Sequence record: MT176427.1
Source: Escherichia phage CJ19
DNA length: 49,567 bases
Strand: one strand, 5' to 3'
The translations under genes were made by a program, and so were the position numbers. The stretch's first letter is position 1. Every line of letters begins with the position of its first letter. A model generated the notes under the pieces. That model was not told the DNA's origin. It saw nothing but the letters and a program-made list of their open reading frames with translations, and ran no database searches. Positions 44,541 through 49,567 of this stretch are shown piece by piece.

Positions 44541-46124
44541 ATGTTTGATTTCAACGAAGATAAATTGTCAATCGATCAGGTCATGGCTGTAGCCGCTGCC
44601 GATAACCTGCCACCTTTGCGCGTTGCCATCAATGCGAACGGATACAGGCAGAGCCAATCATTCTGGAAAGCCCCAACAGAAATTGACTCAGGCGGTGACA
44701 AATATCCGGTTATCTCACTTGGTAACGATTATGATGTCGTTGGTAAGCTGTCAAGCAATGCCGCTCGTTCAGTTCAATTCCCCGAGTCGTCCGCTTACAT
44801 GCATTTCCTCGGATGCATATCAGCCGCCATGCTGGGCCGATTTACGGTTGAGTATCACGGAACACAACAGCCGACCGCTCTTTACGTCGTAACCAGTCAG
44901 CCACCATCGACAGGTAAATCAGCCATCAACTCACTTTCGCTGGCCCCGATGATCGCAGAGACTGAGCGACTCAACGAGATCCGAAAGCGCGACCGCAAGA
45001 AGATTATGGCTAAACTATCTGCTCTATCCAAGGAGATGAAGCAGGAAAAATCACCGTCCGACATGGCGGCACTGTTTGAGGAAAAAGAAGAACTGGAAGA
45101 AAAACTGGAACGCCTTTGTGACATCGTATTCCCCGTATCCGACACCACGCCGGAAGGTCTGGCGCGAATCAACAACCGCCAGGGTAACTTCTCTGTGATC
45201 TCGGATGAAGCGACGAGCGTAAACTCACTGTTAGGCATGACCTATGGTGATGGCTCAAAGAAAACGAACAGCGAACTTGTGCTTAAGGCATGGGATGCTG
45301 GTAACGTATCTATCGCCCGTGCGAACGCAGACAACAACATGAGCTTTATTGCGATGGGCTGCATATCTGTAATTGCGCAGGATGAAACAATCAACGCGAT
45401 CATGAATGCTGGCGCGCGTGGTATCGGTGTATCCGAGCGATTCTTGCTTGTGCGTGAGAAGTCATTCCTTGGCGAGCGTGTATTCGTTGACGAAAAAGGC
45501 GAATCAACATACGAGCCGATTGATGGCGGACTCAAGGCGGACTACTTCCGTCTGGTCCATGAGATCATGAGCGAACACGAAGTCAACCTGACAGTGAGCA
45601 CGTCGGCGATGAAATATCTCAACCGTGCGCGTCAGGATATGGAACCTCACCTTGCGGACGGCGGGAAGTATTCACACACAATGCTTCGCGGCGCGCTGGG
45701 TAAGTTCGATAAGCAGGCTATCAGGATCGCGGCTGTTCTTCACACTGTGCGTAACTGGTTTAATCCCAATGGCGGGAGTCCGAAGAAGTCCAGAGAGATT
45801 GAGCTTGACACAATGCAGGAAGCGGTAATTATGTTCCAGGAGCTGAGTAAGACTTATCTGTCATCTGCAAACGCTGCTGGTCATGCTGGCGACCATGCTG
45901 AGATGAATAAGCTGATCGATATTCTGATCAAGCAAGGTAAGAACGGGAAAGGCGTTGTAGGTGTCAGATCCCTATATGAAGCGGCTCGTAAGGTTAAGCC
46001 ATTCGAGGGCCAGGCTGGCGTAATGACTCGAATCAAAGACCATCTGATCCCTATGCTTGATGAGAAAAACTATACGTGCCTGATTGGTGATAAAATTTAC
46101 ATTAATCCGCGACTGCTGGGGTAA
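44541..46124 (+). CDS. P-loop NTPase (putative replication/recombination ATPase)
   Basis: 527-aa ORF with P-loop-like SQPPSTGKSA; N- and C-terminal modules shared with 39819-40373. Confidence 0.5.
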   Translation: MFDFNEDKLSIDQVMAVAAADNLPPLRVAINANGYRQSQSFWKAPTEIDSGGDKYPVISLGNDYDVVGKLSSNAARSVQFPESSAYMHFLGCISAAMLGRFTVEYHGTQQPTALYVVTSQPPSTGKSAINSLSLAPMIAETERLNEIRKRDRKKIMAKLSALSKEMKQEKSPSDMAALFEEKEELEEKLERLCDIVFPVSDTTPEGLARINNRQGNFSVISDEATSVNSLLGMTYGDGSKKTNSELVLKAWDAGNVSIARANADNNMSFIAMGCISVIAQDETINAIMNAGARGIGVSERFLLVREKSFLGERVFVDEKGESTYEPIDGGLKADYFRLVHEIMSEHEVNLTVSTSAMKYLNRARQDMEPHLADGGKYSHTMLRGALGKFDKQAIRIAAVLHTVRNWFNPNGGSPKKSREIELDTMQEAVIMFQELSKTYLSSANAAGHAGDHAEMNKLIDILIKQGKNGKGVVGVRSLYEAARKVKPFEGQAGVMTRIKDHLIPMLDEKNYTCLIGDKIYINPRLLG

Positions 46125-46127
46125 ATT

Positions 46128-46502
46128 ATGTTTCTTCTGGATCTGTACCGTTTTTGCGAAGGCTATGAAAAATTCAACCGTCAGCACATGGCGGTATTCA
46201 TATACAAGCATAGGGAGTGCGAGCGACTGGCGAAGGCTGCCGGAGTTACGCCTCGCTACTTCGCATCATCAGCATCAAAGGAGTTCATCGCAAGATGCAT
46301 GGGCGAAGGATACCTTGACGGCGTGAACAACTGGTACTGGTCCAAAGGGGCGCAAAAAAGGCCATTTGAATTTCATTTCAGGTGCTATTGCGGCGAGAAC
46401 GATCGCTATACATGGGAGATGATGAACATAGAGAAGATGAGCGATGAAGAGTTATTCGGAAAGCCAGGTCGTAATCGACGCGATAATCAGATGCAGTTCT
46501 GA
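46128..46502 (+). CDS. hypothetical Cys/Trp-rich protein (124 aa)
   Basis: ORF 4 bp after ATPase stop. Confidence 0.35.
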   Translation: MFLLDLYRFCEGYEKFNRQHMAVFIYKHRECERLAKAAGVTPRYFASSASKEFIARCMGEGYLDGVNNWYWSKGAQKRPFEFHFRCYCGENDRYTWEMMNIEKMSDEELFGKPGRNRRDNQMQF

Positions 46503-46640
46503 GAATGGCATTAGTGAGGACGGGATTAACCAAGCCCTTATCTCAATGCTTAACTCATCCATGCGCGCCGGACGACGTGATGAGCATACGTTGTGCAATA
46601 ATGAAGGTGAATTGTTGCTACTGGTGCAAAGATTTGGATA

Positions 46641-46676
46641 AAAAAAGGGAGCCTTTCGGCTCCTTTTATTTTTTGC
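46641..46676. terminator. bidirectional terminator between rightward early genes and lysis cassette
   Basis: Hairpin GGAGCC-TTTC-GGCTCC flanked by A7 and T-rich run. Confidence 0.6.
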
Positions 46677-47079
46677 GTCGTTCCAGCCAAATTGAAAGAG
46701 CAATCATCAGGATGCCAATGAACAGGAATACCAGTCCGGCAATCAGATTACCTTTCGAGTCATCGTTCCTGATCTCAATCTTATCAGCGATGATGGTGTC
46801 AGCCTTGATGCTTGAGGTGCTGACAGACTTCCCGTTTGACGTATCAACCTTTCCTACCTTTGAATCTTTGATAGTAGTGTCGTTGTCGTTTGACTTATCC
46901 ACCTTTCCGGTAACGCCTACCGTTTGCTTCACGTTCTCAGCCCCAGCCTGCGCACTGATTTCTGGCTTGCTGCCAATTAAACCAGTCAGCGCAGATGTTG
47001 CCGAACAACCTGATAACACGAACAAGGCCCACACTACGAAGCCGATAACCAAAGCACGCTGTAAATTTAGACAACTCAT
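46666..47079 (-). CDS. unimolecular spanin (u-spanin)
   Basis: N-terminal lipoprotein signal (LSGC) plus C-terminal transmembrane helix ([17 protein letters not shown]); last gene of lysis cassette. Confidence 0.6.
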   Translation of the reverse strand: MSCLNLQRALVIGFVVWALFVLSGCSATSALTGLIGSKPEISAQAGAENVKQTVGVTGKVDKSNDNDTTIKDSKVGKVDTSNGKSVSTSSIKADTIIADKIEIRNDDSKGNLIAGLVFLFIGILMIALSIWLERRKK

Positions 47080-47573
47080 TTCTGTAGCTCCTTAACACAA
47101 TATTGATACTCGAACGCCCGTCGATTCTTAAGCCCCTTTGACCGTTCTTTCTTTCCAGTCTTCGGATTCTTAAAGTAAGTCCAGGCCCATAGCTGATTGC
47201 AAGCCTCAAGTAGTTTACCCTGGTTAGTAAGTCTCAGCATAGTGGAATTACGGTAAGCACCAGTGCCAACGTTGAAAGTGAAGCTGTACATTGCCGCACG
47301 GAAGTTATCCGGAACGTCAACCTTAATCCGCTTATCAACCTCACGCTTGGCGATGTCGATATGCTTATATAGCAATGCGTCGCATTCTCTTTTGGTGTAG
47401 GTCTTGCCGAGAATAACGTCAGGTCCAGTGATGCCAGCGCACACTGTCCAAACTCCGGCAATATCCTTATATGGCTTGTACTCAACGCCTTCAATCTTCT
47501 CAACAAGTGAAGGCGTTAGCGATAAAGCTACACCAAAAGAAATACTAGCAAGCGTCCTGTTTACGCTCATCAT
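47076..47573 (-). CDS. endolysin, lysozyme-like with N-terminal SAR (signal-anchor-release) domain
   Basis: Glu-x8-Asp-x5-Thr-like lysozyme catalytic region ([23 protein letters not shown]) after weakly hydrophobic N-terminus. Confidence 0.7.
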   Translation of the reverse strand: MMSVNRTLASISFGVALSLTPSLVEKIEGVEYKPYKDIAGVWTVCAGITGPDVILGKTYTKRECDALLYKHIDIAKREVDKRIKVDVPDNFRAAMYSFTFNVGTGAYRNSTMLRLTNQGKLLEACNQLWAWTYFKNPKTGKKERSKGLKNRRAFEYQYCVKELQK

Positions 47574-47800
47574 TATTTACCCCTTAGTTTAAGAGCCGTC
47601 CGCAAGTCTCCTGAGTCAAGCGCCTGACGAATGGCTTTGCTATCCTGATATTTCCAGTAAGCACCCCAAATGCCAAAACAAACGAACAGGATGAACGTCG
47701 CCCCTGCGATCGCCAGCTGGCCCGTTGCAGCGCCAGCGAAAGATGCCCCGCCAGTACCAGCCGTTACAGTGTTTAATACCTCTTTCATGTGATCCACCAT
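47573..47800 (-). CDS. holin / pinholin
   Basis: 75-aa ORF with Gly/Ala-rich transmembrane segments and charged C-terminus, 1-bp overlap with endolysin. Confidence 0.55.
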   Translation of the reverse strand: MVDHMKEVLNTVTAGTGGASFAGAATGQLAIAGATFILFVCFGIWGAYWKYQDSKAIRQALDSGDLRTALKLRGK

Positions 47801-47865
47801 TTATGTAATTGTCAATATCTCAGTTAGTAAAAAACATAATACATTATCACGGTACAGAAAAGAAT

Positions 47866-47895
47866 CACAAAAAAGGGGAGCCTAAAGGCTCCCCG
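47866..47895 (-). terminator. intrinsic terminator upstream of lysis cassette
   Basis: On minus strand hairpin GGGGAGCC-TTTA-GGCTCCCC followed by TTTTTTGTG. Confidence 0.6.
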
Positions 47896-47920
47896 TTCGT
47901 AACGTTATGTTTTTAATGCG

Positions 47921-48094
47921 CTAGTCAGCAATAATAAATTCAACCAGCGCACCATCAATCGGCGCAAAAATCCACGTCATATCGTCGCCGTAAATCTTGT
48001 AGTTACCGTCACCTTGATACTCGGCGCTGTACGGATTGTTAACAGTGAAAGGCAGGGTTTTAGATGTGTTCTTAACGCAAAATAATTTAACCAT
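47921..48094 (-). CDS. small hypothetical protein (57 aa)
   Basis: Manually translated ORF (MVKLFCVKNTSKTLPFTVNNPYSAEYQGDGNYKIYGDD...) downstream of promoter cassette 48121-48166 with RBS GAGGA; followed by terminator 47866-47895. Confidence 0.3.
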   Translation of the reverse strand: MVKLFCVKNTSKTLPFTVNNPYSAEYQGDGNYKIYGDDMTWIFAPIDGALVEFIIAD

Positions 48095-48120
48095 GATTGA
48101 ATCCTCTGTGAGTGAGACAT

Positions 48121-48166
48121 GAATATAGCGCCTTCCGGAGCTATAGTGTTAGGCAATTCGTGCTAT
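48121..48166 (-). promoter_or_regulatory. promoter cassette (ATAGCAC box variant + TATATT)
   Basis: Box 48148-48166 (TTGCCTAA variant); precedes small ORF 47921-48094. Confidence 0.4.
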
Positions 48167-49308
48167 CAGATGTCGCTCATTTCAGGACGGTAAACAAAGC
48201 GACCGACTTCGCCGAACTCCTTGGAGTAGACAATTACCGCCGCCTGGCGATATGAGCGCCAACCGCCGCGCGCTGCATAGGCATCTTTCGCGCCAAGCTG
48301 ACCGTGAATCTCATCAATACCCAGCGTGCCTTCTGTGATCGTCTGGTGATGCCAGTGTCCTGAGTGAGTGTAGATATATTTGCTCGTACCGAACTCTTCG
48401 CGGAAGTCAGTCGCCATTGCCGCCAGTCGAGTATCAGCTTTCTTCATGGTGTGACCATGAGTGTATCCAAGCAATGTTTTGCCCCACTTTGTACGGTGAA
48501 GAATCATAGGAGACGTATCAACCGTTACGCGCGCCTCATCTTCAAAGTATGCCGCCATTGCAGCGCGGAGCCAAATCATACCCGCCTGATCATGGTTCCC
48601 TTCAATGATCTGGATTTCGACCTCTTCGTGCTTATCCAGCATTAGCGCCACCGCGCGGCGTACGGAACGGATTGCAACGTGAACTATCTTGGCGTATCGA
48701 CTATCCTGATCCAGTACGTGACCGCTTGCAGGCGTTACTGCGTCCAGGCCATCAGAGTGAAGGAAGTCACCGCCGATTAACAGGACTGCTTTCTTAGCCT
48801 TCGGTGATACGCCGACAGAATAATCAAAGAAGTTTTTCAGCACTTTCTCTGAGATGTCGGTGCTGTAGTTCTCACCGCATTCATGCTTGTGGGCCATCGC
48901 GCCAATATGAAGATCGAATACCGGATAGAGCGCCAGGAGATTTTCATCGTAGTGAGGTTCGCCAAGGATAGGCTGAGCCGCCGCGCGTGGTAGTTCATCA
49001 CAGAATGCTTCAATTGCAGCATCCATCATGGCGGCTAACTTTTCCTTGTCCTGATCGGTCTTAACCCAGCGCACAACCTCAGAACCGTCAGCGCGAATCA
49101 TAGTTGATGTACCTTTAACCTGAAAACCCTCTGGTACGTGTACTCTTACGTGTTTATTTCCGTGGAACTCACCGCGCTTTGCCAGGCGGCTTGAGCGCTG
49201 CTCAACAGTTCTAATGTTCATCCCGTATTCCTGGGCGATTTGGCGCAGCGTTTTACCAGCTTCGCGTTCAGCAATGAATTGTTCGTCAGTGATTTTTTGA
49301 ATAGCCAT
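48166..49308 (-). CDS. metallophosphoesterase (calcineurin-like) with N-terminal HTH
   Basis: N-terminal HTH-like TLRQIAQEYGMNIRTV; phosphoesterase motifs FDLHIG, GDFLHSD, GNHD, GHTM, GHWHH. Confidence 0.6.
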   Translation of the reverse strand: MAIQKITDEQFIAEREAGKTLRQIAQEYGMNIRTVEQRSSRLAKRGEFHGNKHVRVHVPEGFQVKGTSTMIRADGSEVVRWVKTDQDKEKLAAMMDAAIEAFCDELPRAAAQPILGEPHYDENLLALYPVFDLHIGAMAHKHECGENYSTDISEKVLKNFFDYSVGVSPKAKKAVLLIGGDFLHSDGLDAVTPASGHVLDQDSRYAKIVHVAIRSVRRAVALMLDKHEEVEIQIIEGNHDQAGMIWLRAAMAAYFEDEARVTVDTSPMILHRTKWGKTLLGYTHGHTMKKADTRLAAMATDFREEFGTSKYIYTHSGHWHHQTITEGTLGIDEIHGQLGAKDAYAARGGWRSYRQAAVIVYSKEFGEVGRFVYRPEMSDI

Positions 49309-49567
49309 TTTTGTAAACCCTTATCGTGTTAGTAAGTAGATGATAATAAAACCAATTAGCGGCGGTAATAATACAGGAATTAAGCAGCGCATCAAATCTT
49401 TTTCAACCATGTTGTTAAAGTATCTGGCTCAATCGCTTCACCTGCACTCTCTGATTCGCTGGGAACCATCATACCAGTTGAAGGGCTAAAATACATCAGG
49501 CGATATCCGCCACCGCGCGAACATGGCACATCTTCGAAGTCAGAAGGCAACCAGTCAGCGAAAGGGA

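Noticed and set aside
517-48166. Idea that the repeated ATAGCAC box is a promoter for a phage-encoded single-subunit RNA polymerase
   Set aside because: No RNA polymerase gene is present in the window, and every box is followed at fixed distance by a sigma70-type -10 element; host RNAP with a phage accessory factor is the better explanation.
1-49567. Temperate-phage or prophage features (integrase, CI-type repressor module, attachment site) and CRISPR arrays
   Set aside because: No tyrosine or serine recombinase signature, no repressor/anti-repressor switch and no spacer-repeat array found; the genome appears virulent.

Overview
This 49.6-kb window reads as an essentially complete genome of a virulent T1-like siphophage (Drexlerviridae-type architecture) of an enterobacterial host. 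All calls come from reading motifs and gene order in the sequence and ORF track; no database search was possible. No integrase, lysogeny module, tRNA, rRNA or CRISPR array was seen. Layout: (i) 1-10250, mostly leftward early/replication-recombination genes (Dam-like N6-adenine methyltransferase with NPPY, lipoprotein, VRR-NUC-like nuclease, SF2 helicase, SSB ending DDDIPF, Erf-like annealase, RecE-like exonuclease), interrupted by rightward genes for an HTH protein, a zinc-finger primase and a tail fibre; (ii) 10260-10766, AT-rich divergent control region; (iii) 10767-11959, rightward lipoprotein plus unknown 323-aa protein; (iv) 11986-32441, leftward structural block in lambda-like order (terS, terL, HNH, portal, head morphogenesis, HNH, protease/scaffold, decoration, major capsid, connector proteins, major tail, G/GT with -1 frameshift, tape measure, M, L, K, I, J); (v) 32524-40894, about 30 small leftward early genes including a kinase/HAD-phosphatase pair, lipoprotein/membrane genes and a tandem array of four paralogous ~70-aa genes (one decayed); (vi) 40895-41612, second AT-rich control region sharing a ~90-bp element with the first; (vii) 41613-46502, rightward early genes (small proteins including one ending in the SSB-tail motif DDGIPF, a C5-methyltransferase-like protein, a P-loop ATPase); (viii) 46666-47800, lysis cassette (holin, SAR-type endolysin, unimolecular spanin); (ix) 48166-49308, HTH-metallophosphoesterase. 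The strongest sequence-level signal is a promoter cassette repeated at least 16 times on both strands: upstream box ATAGCAC-N3-TTG(C/T)TAAA, a 21-23 bp spacer usually holding a short hairpin, a sigma70-type -10 (often TGnTATAGT) and a conserved leader CATCGAAACGAA...AAGGA. The assembly contains 9 ambiguous bases (N), several inside ORFs; some ORF-track starts are non-ATG and were moved to the nearest ATG with an RBS where checked.
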